From an uncultured archaeon (GTDB lineage: Archaea; Asgardarchaeota; Lokiarchaeia; Sigyniarchaeales; SOKP01), in NCBI GenBank assembly GCA_964486045.1, contig CAZALK010000003.1, positions 224,001-288,000 of the forward strand: a stretch of DNA of 64,000 bases, in the 5' to 3' direction. Numbering within the stretch: the stretch's first letter is position 1; each line of letters starts with the position of its first letter. A program made the position numbers and the translations under genes. Shown one piece after another: positions 11,065 to 20,101 of this stretch. Below the pieces are notes generated by a model. The model had not been told where the DNA came from. It saw only the letters and a list, made by a program, of their open reading frames with translations, and ran no database searches.

Positions 11065-11313
11065 TTATTCCACAGAGCTGGGCACAGGGTCGGTGTATGT
11101 GGAATCACAGTGGGCACATACTTTATATCCTTTTGTAAAGTCCAACTCTTCTATTTTCCCACAGTATGGGCATTTTGGCATATTCCGTCTTTTTCGTTCC
11201 TTTCGTTTATTTAACCATTGATTTAGAAAGCGTTGAACAACGATTACAATAACTCCTGAAGTAATCCCTGAAATCATCCCTGTTATTATAGCTTCGAGCA
11301 TAATAATTATCAA
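11065..11313 (-). CDS. Small membrane-anchored zinc-ribbon protein
   Basis: N-terminal TM with GxxxG, basic stretch, CPYC...CAHC. Confidence 0.7.
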   Translation of the reverse strand: MIIIMLEAIITGMISGITSGVIVIVVQRFLNQWLNKRKERKRRNMPKCPYCGKIEELDFTKGYKVCAHCDSTYTDPVPSSVE

Positions 11314-11348
11314 ATTTCATTTCATACTAATAAGGTTAACTATTCATT

Positions 11349-11379
11349 TGCCACCACTTGTGGTTAATTAAAAAAAGAA
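11349..11379. repeat. 31-bp direct repeat copy 1 (copy 2 at 11568-11598)
   Basis: tgccacc(a/g)ct(t/g)gtggttaattaaaaaaagaa; CCACC-N3-GGTGG hairpin in copy 2. Confidence 0.8.
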
Positions 11380-11410
11380 GAAAAATATTATTTTTTATTA
11401 AAAATCCAAT

Positions 11411-11539
11411 TCAATCTCTATATTCTTCTTTTATTAAAGGCACACCATTAATATTATCAATACCTATCATATCATTTACTTTTTTAACAATAATCTCTTC
11501 AATCTTTTTTATTTGTTCTTCAGTAAAGATTTCACTCAT
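11411..11539 (-). CDS. 42-aa small protein not in ORF track (MSEIFTEEQIKKIEEIIVKKVNDMIGIDNINGVPLIKEEYRD)
   Basis: Strong SD GGGGGTGA upstream of the ATG; amphipathic helix; lies between the two 31-bp repeats. Confidence 0.65.
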   Translation of the reverse strand: MSEIFTEEQIKKIEEIIVKKVNDMIGIDNINGVPLIKEEYRD

Positions 11540-11567
11540 CTTTCTTTCTCACCCCCTTAATTGTTTC

Positions 11568-11598
11568 TGCCACCGCTGGTGGTTAATTAAAAAAAGAA
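11568..11598. repeat. 31-bp direct repeat copy 2
   Basis: See copy 1. Confidence 0.8.
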
Positions 11599-11724
11599 AG
11601 AAATTAAGGTTTATTTTAGGAATAAACAATCGAGCGTTTATCCCCTTAAAAGCCTACGATTTGACGATTTGGAGACCACACACAAGAAAATAATAATCCA
11701 AATCCTCAAGACCGAATTATAATC

Positions 11725-11813
11725 ATAAGTTCACTACCTAATGCACTTATTATTAGATGGACGAAGTAAAACGGGGATCGGCTTTTAATCTTAGTTCCCA
11801 ATGTTCTTCCTTA
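11725..11813 (-). repeat. Structured ~90-nt dispersed repeat copy A (inverted copy at 22609-22705)
   Basis: Identical 25-bp core TAAGTGCATTAGGTAGTGAACTTAT plus alignable flank. Confidence 0.8.
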
Positions 11814-11877
11814 TTAAAATATATAATAGATTTTGAAAAGTTTTAATGCTCATAATATCTTATTTTGGTTGTTAAAA

Positions 11878-13380
11878 CTATTCTTTTTTATTATCTAAAA
11901 TTATTGGTTTACATCCTTTTCGTTTTGATCCGGCTATTCGTTCCAACAGGGCTAATCCGGGTTTAATTTCTTTTAGATTTTTGGATTCAATTAAACCAGC
12001 TTTAACTGCATCATTAAAGATTTTATCACCTTGCTTAGATCGGGTTATAACGGAAGACCATCCACTCGGAGACCCTATTGATCCCACAGAAATGTCAGCA
12101 TAATCTGCTGTAAGGTCTTCACAAAATCCGCAATTTGGTCTAGCATATGATTTTACCTCTTTAAGAGGGACTTTTTCGACTTCTCCAGATTTCAAGGATA
12201 TAATAAACTTGCCACCACTTATGTCCATTTTTGTTATTTCGTTAAGTTTTTTCTCGAATTTTTCTCCTGATAATTTAAAAACATTTTCAAACGAAAAAGC
12301 TTCCATACAAAATAGTCCAATTGTGTATTTGATATTTTTAAAGAATGGCAATCCCCCTGGATAAAAACTTCCTTTCTGAAGAGCAGTTATCATACATGGA
12401 GTACCAACAACAGCGATATTTTCATATTTTTTTGTTTTACTAATAATTGCTAAAGTTGACGCATTTGCATATTTAGTTCCACCCGTTTCATATAAATCTT
12501 TTACATCATCAACAATAACTGGTTCTGGTCTCCATAAATCATCAGCATGTTTCACAGCTACTATGGCATCTACTAACTTTTTTTTTAGTAAAAATTCGAG
12601 TAGAGCAGTGACTATTCCTCCGTCTTGTCGGACCTTTTTAATCTCTTCATTAGTAGTTGATGCTGAATAAACATTTTTGTATCCATTTATCTTAGCTGAA
12701 AATGTCAATGACTTATCGACTTTGCTAATACTTAGACCTGCTTGTGCAATTGAAAACGATTTACTGCACACGGAATAACATATTCCACATTTCATACAAA
12801 TTTCGTCATCAATTTCAAGCGTATCTGCTGTAACTGTTATGGCATCTACTGGACATACAGATGAACACCAACCACAATTACAACATACTCCGGAATCGAA
12901 CACAAGGGAAACAGCGTCAAAAAAATTCTCAATAAAATCATCTGCTAAAGGTTTCAACTGATATCTATAAAAGTAACTTTTGACTTCAACTTCTTTTTCT
13001 ACTCCCTTTACTTTCTTTGTGATTTTTTTTACCTTTACTTCAATATGTTCATCTACATACCCTTGCTCTTTTAAATAAATAACATCACGAATTACATTAG
13101 CAGCGGGAAATTCTTCAATTTTTTGTGCGATTTCTTCTAAGAATAACGGCTCTAAACCCTTTAATCTCTCCAAAATTAATTTACGTTCCGTCTCAGCGTC
13201 AATCATTGAGTCCAGAATTTCATAGAACTCATTTTCATCATATTTTCCAATATTAAGAATCTCGCCCTTTGCTTCAAAAAAAGCTCGAACTTGAAAATTT
13301 GCTGATCCTTGATATGTAGCTTCCATTAACTCCTTTGGAGATATTTTGGTAAATAATTTGTTATTTACAGTTTCGACCAT
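11878..13380 (-). CDS. FrhB/FdhB-family F420-binding subunit with N-terminal helical/wHTH extension and 2x[4Fe-4S]
   Basis: CCNCGWCSSVCP, CMKCGICYSVC, QDGGIVT, GGTKY, VGTPC, GLFCME, CGFCEDLTADYADISVGSIGS. Confidence 0.92.
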   Translation of the reverse strand: MVETVNNKLFTKISPKELMEATYQGSANFQVRAFFEAKGEILNIGKYDENEFYEILDSMIDAETERKLILERLKGLEPLFLEEIAQKIEEFPAANVIRDVIYLKEQGYVDEHIEVKVKKITKKVKGVEKEVEVKSYFYRYQLKPLADDFIENFFDAVSLVFDSGVCCNCGWCSSVCPVDAITVTADTLEIDDEICMKCGICYSVCSKSFSIAQAGLSISKVDKSLTFSAKINGYKNVYSASTTNEEIKKVRQDGGIVTALLEFLLKKKLVDAIVAVKHADDLWRPEPVIVDDVKDLYETGGTKYANASTLAIISKTKKYENIAVVGTPCMITALQKGSFYPGGLPFFKNIKYTIGLFCMEAFSFENVFKLSGEKFEKKLNEITKMDISGGKFIISLKSGEVEKVPLKEVKSYARPNCGFCEDLTADYADISVGSIGSPSGWSSVITRSKQGDKIFNDAVKAGLIESKNLKEIKPGLALLERIAGSKRKGCKPIILDNKKE

Positions 13381-13427
13381 TCTTTCTTCAATTTCCTATT
13401 AATTTTAATATATTTTTAATACTATTT

Positions 13428-13478
13428 TTATAAAAACTTGTAAGAACCCCTTCCTTTGCAGGGCTAGTCATCTTATAA
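13428..13478 (-). promoter_or_regulatory. Candidate SECIS element (3' of mvhD)
   Basis: RNA UUAUAAGAUGACUAGCCCUGCAAAGGAAGGGGUUCUUACAAGUUUUUAUAA: AUGA, AGCCCU/GGGGUU stem, apical AAA, lower UUAUAAGA/UUUUAUAA helix. It is the only GC-rich patch in the intergenic gap. The 3' core reads UUAC rather than canonical UGAN. Confidence 0.6.
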
Positions 13479-13498
13479 CTAAAATTTTTTTATAAGAT

Positions 13499-13960
13499 TC
13501 ATTCAGCAGGGGTAATTAATGATTCTTCTTTCTTTTTTGAAATTTTTACTCCTAATTTTTTTATCGGATTGGGACCTTCTCTTTCTACCTTTTCGTATGC
13601 ATCTTCTACGCTTTTCACGAATTTCTCACTTTCAGCTCCGCTTAACCAGTACATATTTACTCTCTGATGTCCAAAGCCTCTAGAAGCTAATATCCTATTT
13701 GCTAAGTCTACATGTGTTTGTGCGGAAAAGTTTCCTTGTTTGTATTGGCATTCATTGGGGCGTCATCCTACTACCATGACTCCATCTGCTCCCGACAAAA
13801 TGGTATAGAGAATATGCTTTAAATCGACTCTTCCTGTACATCGCACTTTGATTATTTTCACCGAAGTGGTATATTTCAACCGAGAAACACCTGCTAAGTC
13901 GGCAGCACTATACCCTCATTTCAAGCAAGCAAATGCAATTATCTGGTAGTTATTTTCCAT
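13499..13960 (-). CDS. mvhD: Hydrogenase iron-sulfur subunit MvhD/VhuD, selenoprotein (Sec15, Sec66), 153 aa; absent from ORF track
   Basis: MENNYQIIAFACLK-U-GYSAADLAGVSRLKY...VRCTGRVD...GADGVMVVG-U-RPNECQYKQGN. TGA at 13916-13918 and 13763-13765 align to [2Fe-2S] Cys ligands; GGAGGTG SD. Confidence 0.93.
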
Positions 13961-13964
13961 TTGT

Positions 13965-15941
13965 TTATACACCTCCTAAAAGACCAGTAATTTCAGCGAA
14001 TAATTGATAGTCTCGATAATATAATATATCGATCGCTTGAGTAGGACAACACGTAGCGCAAATACCGCAGCCATCACAGTTTATAGTATCTACAAAAGCT
14101 CCAATTTCCTTATCGATTTTTATAGCATTCTTTGGGCAAGCCTTTTCACAACGTCTACATGAAATACAATATTCACTTGCTACTTGAGCAGTAATCAGTT
14201 CAATATCTACTTCTCCAGGTGATGTTAATTCAGCGACTTTACTTGCTGCCGCTCTAGCTTGTGATACTGAATATGCTATATTTTTCGGTCCTTGTGCGAA
14301 GCCAGCAATATATATCCCTTTTGTTTTAGTTTCTTGAGGCATTAAACCAAAGTGAGATTCAGTAAGGAAACCATATATATTAGTATCAAGGTTCAATACT
14401 TTGGCAATTTGGTTCGTACCTTTTGAAGGGAGTGCTGCTGAGGAGAGTATTACTAAGTCCGCATCAATTTTAATGATTTCGTCAGTTAACGATGAATACA
14501 CTCGAAGATTAACATTTTTTGTTTCAGGATCTTCAGAAATCTCCCCAACTTTACCGCGAATCATCCTAATACCAGAATCTTTGGCACGTTGGTAATATTC
14601 TTCAAAACCTTTTTCACCAGCCCTGATGTCAATGTAACAGATAGTAATATTCGCGTCAGGAAATTCTTCTAACAATAATTTTCCATTCTTAAGCGATAGC
14701 ATACAGCAAACCCCGCTACAGTAAGTTCTTTCTGTAGTTCTACTCCCTACGCATTGTATGAATACGATTTCTTTCGGTTTTTTTTTATCATCAGATAGTC
14801 TTCTTACATGCCCTTCTAATGGTCCGTTCGGAGCTAGCATTCGTTCTAATTGAACTTGAGTTATAACATTGTCAAATTCTCCGTATCCGTATTCCCCAAA
14901 TGGTTCATACATATCCCAACCAGTTGCGATTATGATTGAACCGACATCTAGATTAACTTCTTTTGGTAATTGACTAAAATCAATAGTACCTAATTCGCAA
15001 GCGTCTATACATGCGAAACACTCAACACAGGCATTTCTATTTATGTCATAGAGAAAGGGTACAGCTTGACCAAATGCTATATCAATTGCTTTTCGTGCTC
15101 CTAAATTTTCATCAAAGAAGTTTGAAGTATAGACAGGGCACACTTCTGAGCATGCACCACAACCATTACACTCATCCGTAACAAAGCGCGGTTTCATTTC
15201 TACTTTTACTCTATAATTACCGACATACCCTTCGACTTCCTTCACTTCACTATAACTTAAAATCTCAATATTCTCGTTTCTATTGACATTTAGCATCACA
15301 GGTCCGCATATTCAAATCGAACAATCATCCGTGGGAAATGTACGATCCAGTTGGGCCATCCGTCCCCCTATAGTGGTTTTGTTTTCCACAAGATAAACTT
15401 TTATGCCTTGATTCGCAAGATCTAGAGCCGCGTTCATCCCAGCAATCCCAGCTCCTACAATTAAAGAAGCCTTTGTAACTGGAACGGTTTTGACAGGTAT
15501 ATCTTCTAAGTTCTTTGCCCGTTCTATCCCGCTTTTTACCAAAATTTTTGCTTTCTCTAAAGCCTCTGAGTTATGTTTTGTACACCATGAAACATGTTCC
15601 CGTATATTTACCATTTGGAAGTAATAGGGACTTAGATCTGTCTTTTTAATCGTGCTTCGATAAATAGGTTCATGTGTGCGTGGTGTTCATGCAGCAGCGA
15701 CAATACGATTCAAGTTTTTCTCTTTGATATCTTCCATAATTTCATTCTGCGCAGCTTCAGTTCATAGAAAACCGTTCTTTTTTGATAATACTATTTCATC
15801 CCCTAAACTTTGAGCATAATCTACGAGCGCATTAACATCTATTTTGCTTTTAATGTTAACTCCTCACTCACAAGAATAAAATCCAATCCGTAGTTCTTCA
15901 GTTTCTTTATTTTCACTAGTTTCATTCCGTTGACTATTCAT
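13965..15941 (-). CDS. hdrA: Heterodisulfide reductase subunit A, selenoprotein with 4 Sec (U26, U60, U85, U210), 658 aa
   Basis: Single frame from ATG 15941 (AGGTG SD): RIGFYSCE-U-GVNI, FL-U-T, AAA-U-TPRTHEP, GAGIAG, FPTDDCSI-U-ICGP, QCVGSR, YCSGVCC, ferredoxin motifs. TGA at 15864, 15762, 15687 and 15312. Confidence 0.95.
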
Positions 15942-16218
15942 TTTTTACACCTTTTTTAAATTTCCACCTCAATTATTGATTATCAATTTCAACCATAAGG
16001 TTGATTTTAATTTTAATTTTCAAAATTAAATCACTTCTAATTTAAATTTTATTGATTTTTAAAACTTTTAATCTTTTTGTTTATCAAATTAAACAAGATT
16101 TTGTGGATTGCTTACTTACTTAAACCATTTTTAATGGGATCGGTTTAAAATTTCGGAAAGCATGAGAAATTAGGATGATGAATGATCAATAAGTATAGTG
16201 CGAAAAAACTTTGTAAAT

Positions 16219-17514
16219 TTAAATACTTAGAATTTCTTTTATAAGAGAGATTATTGTTTTTGTATTGAAAACAGATGTTTCTGCTGTTTTAATAAATTCT
16301 TTTATTTGATCATGATAATGTTTTTCAAAATGATTAAGAAAGTAAACTAATCTCTCTTTTAAACTTTGATTAGCGGATTTAGACAAAAATAAAGCTAATT
16401 TTATAAATTTACCATATGTTGCATGGATGTATAAGCCTTTATAATTAATTTCTTCCATAGAAGTAGTGCCCCCTAGTTGCGACATAAAAGAATCCATAGC
16501 TGACAAAAATCCTGATATTAGCTCTTTATCAACAGGGTAGTCTTCGCTTGCATGAGATACCATGTTTACCCCTGATATTTTATCAATGATTAATAGGCTT
16601 CTGAAGATATCATTGAATTTTGGCTTAACAGCTATTGAATGCTCCTCGGCAAGTAAAATTTTGCTGGGAAGTAATTCATACATAGTATAAGATTTAGATT
16701 TGTAAGCTTCCTTTTCTTTAAAATAATAACTGGATATAGTAGTTAATCGGGATGGTGCTCGAATTGGTTCATGTGGTAATTTTTTAATATACTCATCTCG
16801 CAACCTTGTGTCATGATCTTTAGATTTTTTGCCTTTAGTTATACCATAAATTTTCTGATGAATAGGATCAACTACGTAAAACCAAGCACGTAATTTCTGC
16901 ATATCTGAAACCAATCTTTTAAATCCAATATTTCGAACACCCCTGGGAGTGGTAACAAAAACAGTCCATAGAACTATTTTTGAGGCTTCACTGATCTGAT
17001 AAAAAGTGTCTTTATAATTTTCTTCTGTCAGTTCCTCTCCAGTCCTTATAAATACACCTTCAGTTCTTAATAATGGTTTTTTCTTAATTAAATAAAGATC
17101 TATTAAAAAATCTTTGATATCTGATGCATTGTAGACAATTATTCCCCAATCCGCTCCCTGATCTGCAAATGCGTCAATTAATTCTTGTTTGGAGATAAAA
17201 TCAAATCGTGTGATGTAATCACTTAGTTTCTCATCTTTTGTGATAGTATCTCCAATGAATGTTAAAAAAGTAGAATATTTCATCTGGAGATCAGGACTAG
17301 TTTGATATTTCTTAAAAAGATGAATGGATATAAGATCAAGTAATTCTAATTTAGTTAATGACTCATCCTCTGGGGTTGGAATATTATTTGTTTCCATGAA
17401 ATCATAAATTTCCTTGAACCTACTTCTTACGATTAAACAGTTCAAACATAAAATACCAATTTTCCCTTCGTTTTCTTTTTGAATCGTTTCTAAAATTTCA
17501 GTTGAGGATGGCAA
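16219..17514 (-). CDS. Hypothetical protein with C-terminal longin/roadblock-like domain
   Basis: LLIIDKISGVNM...DKELISGFLSAMDSFMSQL...EEINYKGL...LKERL..F..FEKHY is the typical Asgard longin pattern; the N-terminal part is unassigned. Confidence 0.65.
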   Translation of the reverse strand: MPSSTEILETIQKENEGKIGILCLNCLIVRSRFKEIYDFMETNNIPTPEDESLTKLELLDLISIHLFKKYQTSPDLQMKYSTFLTFIGDTITKDEKLSDYITRFDFISKQELIDAFADQGADWGIIVYNASDIKDFLIDLYLIKKKPLLRTEGVFIRTGEELTEENYKDTFYQISEASKIVLWTVFVTTPRGVRNIGFKRLVSDMQKLRAWFYVVDPIHQKIYGITKGKKSKDHDTRLRDEYIKKLPHEPIRAPSRLTTISSYYFKEKEAYKSKSYTMYELLPSKILLAEEHSIAVKPKFNDIFRSLLIIDKISGVNMVSHASEDYPVDKELISGFLSAMDSFMSQLGGTTSMEEINYKGLYIHATYGKFIKLALFLSKSANQSLKERLVYFLNHFEKHYHDQIKEFIKTAETSVFNTKTIISLIKEILSI

Positions 17515-17761
17515 CGTTTCGTAGTCTATATTGGTTATTTTATTTTTTAGGTTTTAAAATATTCTCAAAATGAAAATAGATAAGTTATTTTATAGCATAT
17601 TCCTTGCTTATAATATATCTTCAGCATTTAATTACTCTTAGTTCTCTTTTTATTTTTATATATTTTCGTTATCACTACTGATTACCTACTAAAAAGCTGT
17701 CATTAGATTTAAAAATATTTTGAATAAAAATAAGTAAAAAAAAAATTAATGATTTAAGAAT

Positions 17762-19795
17762 TTATGCTCTTCTTCTCTTCAGGAAAATATATACCGCCGT
17801 AGCACCCATTATGCTTCCAATTATTATGGCTAAATCGAATCCAGGAATAGCTGCTTCAGGGGTAGTAGGAGGAGTTCCATAATATTTATCGATAGCTTCT
17901 TGATAAGTCTCGGTTGGTGAAGTATATCCAAAAGAGAAACTTGACCAACCTGTCAATATAAACTCGTTAGCTGCGTACATTCCTAAATCAGTGTAGTAGG
18001 TATAATCTGTTATTGACCATGTACCTGTCGTTGAAATAAGTTGGATTAACCCAGCAGGCATCGGAGCAGTACCATAGGTAGCACCATTTGCAGTTTGCAT
18101 TGGAGGTGCTGGGATGCCATCACCATCAGCTTGTCCTCCCGTGGCATCTGCTTCTGATTGTTGAAAACCAGATTTGTCTACAGCCTCTTCAAAGAATTGT
18201 ACGAGACGATAATGAGATATTGGTTTATAGGTTGCATTAGCGAGTGCCATTATCTCACGTAAAGCCCCAATGACAGCACCGATACTTTTTGGTGTATATA
18301 CATAGGTCGTAGCTCCTTCAGAACTTTTATAAACCCCATTGTTGTCATCCCATAATTGTCTTTCTAAGAAATCGAACGCTAGAAGTGCAGCGTTTTTATA
18401 TTTTGCATCATTAGTCACCTTATATGCTGCTAATAGACCTCGGATTGCTCCAGCTTGTGTTTCTAAGGTTCTTGCTGAAGTTGAAGCTGAACCTGCTAAT
18501 AAATCATAGCTGTTTTCAAAACCACCATCAGTTGGATCTTGAAGGTTGTTAATAAGAAAATCTGCTTGATCTGCTATGTACGTATTTTGGCCGAGCATAT
18601 TCATTGTTACACTACTCCATTCCTCTATTGCAGCAATTGCAAGTCCGGCATCGGCAGTAGATATGATATTTCCAGGAGTTAAAGTCCCAGGGCTGTAAGT
18701 AGAAGTATCCACGAATGTGTTGGAAACACTGTTCCAATGACCGCTTAAGAGCGTTGACCATATTGTCATTGCTAGCCCTTTCGATAAGTCCTCTGGACCT
18801 GGCATTCCAGTCTGAATCATGTTCCCTGGAAATGGCTGTTGTCCCATTCCAGTTCCATTGAAAATGTCATCCTGTGCTGGATCAGCAGACCACCCGTGGA
18901 ATCTTGCGCTCATCCATAATAATGACAATTGATCCCATAGTGTACTTGAACTATCGACCACAGAATAATTTTCAGGTTTTGGCATCGGCATCATACCACC
19001 TTCAGGTACGAAAGTATTGTTGATATCATAGGTGTATCGATGTGGAAAATAATGAGTAGAGGCATCAGTCATCGGGTCAAGCCCCATGTCAAGCATACCT
19101 GAAGAAATATTCACCGCAATCATTCCTTTTAGGAGCTTCATCTTGTTAATAACTTCGGCTGTCAAAACAAAACCACGGAAACCTTGTGTATTCCAATCCA
19201 TTCCATTAGTTGGTCCCAAACCTAATGCTATAGTAGCCCCTGCCTGCGTATAATTTAGCATGGGAGATGTATCAGGTGGTAATTGAGTTACAGAACCATT
19301 TGTTATATAATGGTTCCAACCAAGAAAATCTTCCGCCCATAATACATTTTTCAAGCCAGCTTGACCCAAAACAGCTGGATAAAGATCCTTATCGGCACCT
19401 GAGAGGTCCCATCTCAAAGTCGTGAAATTTTTCGCAGAATTAATAACATCTACAGCTTGGGCATATTTTGGTGTTGCTGACGCAAATTCCGCAAAAATTA
19501 CCCAAGCATTTATTGCTGGACCTCCAGCAGTCAGATTTGCGGCAGTACCGACTTTCATCATCATCATCGTCATATTTCCCATAAAAGACGGATTATATAC
19601 CATGTGGAGACCCATACCGGACATCATTACCGTATTTCCGAGATAATATCTCGAATACCAGTAACTTTCATTCGCAACGACTCCCCAGCTTTTTGTAGGC
19701 CCTGTATTTGTAGCTGCAATCGCAAAATTTGATGAGAACCCTTGGATTAAAAAAATGCTAATCAAAACTGTTAAAACTAATCTATTTCTTTTCAT
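17762..19795 (-). CDS. Met-rich secreted, CTERM-anchored protein with probable six-hairpin (alpha/alpha) barrel
   Basis: Signal peptide; MMSGMGLHM...MGNMTMMMM; ADFLINNLQDPTDGGF and AIRGLLAAYKVTNDAKYKNAA...FDFLERQLWD..NGVY hairpin repeats; IPGFD-TM-KRRR. Confidence 0.7.
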   Translation of the reverse strand: MKRNRLVLTVLISIFLIQGFSSNFAIAATNTGPTKSWGVVANESYWYSRYYLGNTVMMSGMGLHMVYNPSFMGNMTMMMMKVGTAANLTAGGPAINAWVIFAEFASATPKYAQAVDVINSAKNFTTLRWDLSGADKDLYPAVLGQAGLKNVLWAEDFLGWNHYITNGSVTQLPPDTSPMLNYTQAGATIALGLGPTNGMDWNTQGFRGFVLTAEVINKMKLLKGMIAVNISSGMLDMGLDPMTDASTHYFPHRYTYDINNTFVPEGGMMPMPKPENYSVVDSSSTLWDQLSLLWMSARFHGWSADPAQDDIFNGTGMGQQPFPGNMIQTGMPGPEDLSKGLAMTIWSTLLSGHWNSVSNTFVDTSTYSPGTLTPGNIISTADAGLAIAAIEEWSSVTMNMLGQNTYIADQADFLINNLQDPTDGGFENSYDLLAGSASTSARTLETQAGAIRGLLAAYKVTNDAKYKNAALLAFDFLERQLWDDNNGVYKSSEGATTYVYTPKSIGAVIGALREIMALANATYKPISHYRLVQFFEEAVDKSGFQQSEADATGGQADGDGIPAPPMQTANGATYGTAPMPAGLIQLISTTGTWSITDYTYYTDLGMYAANEFILTGWSSFSFGYTSPTETYQEAIDKYYGTPPTTPEAAIPGFDLAIIIGSIMGATAVYIFLKRRRA

Positions 19796-20101
19796 AATTT
19801 TTTATCAATTTTTAAAATTTTTTAGTGATATTATATATTATTTTAAGGTTCTATATAAACTTAGTTTTTTTAAAGTATTATTAATTATTACTTTAAAAAA
19901 CGATAATGAAAAAAAAAAAGGTATGTGATTTTTAGGTTTTTTTCATGAAATGTTAATTAAAGAAAGAAATGCAAGATTGATTTTATAAAACTTTAAAACC
20001 TTGAAAAAATTTGATCTAATATCAGATTAGGCATTTAAAGAATATAGAAAAGAAGAATTGATAATTAAAAATATAAAAATTAATCAGTAAATCCTCAATT
20101 T

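Noticed and set aside
11349-11598. Integron attC sites
   Set aside because: AAC...GTT spacing in copy 1 is far too short, copy 2 lacks GTT, and no integrase is present.
11358-11693. Track ORF of 111 aa on the + strand
   Set aside because: Shadow of the SD-supported minus-strand 42-aa gene and the repeats.
13499-15941. hdrA/mvhD as nonsense pseudogenes, or UGA reassigned genome-wide to Trp/Gly
   Set aside because: All six internal stops are TGA at Cys-ligand positions with no frameshifts. TGG is used for Trp, and other genes end normally in TGA (e.g. 46376, 62398, 22911).
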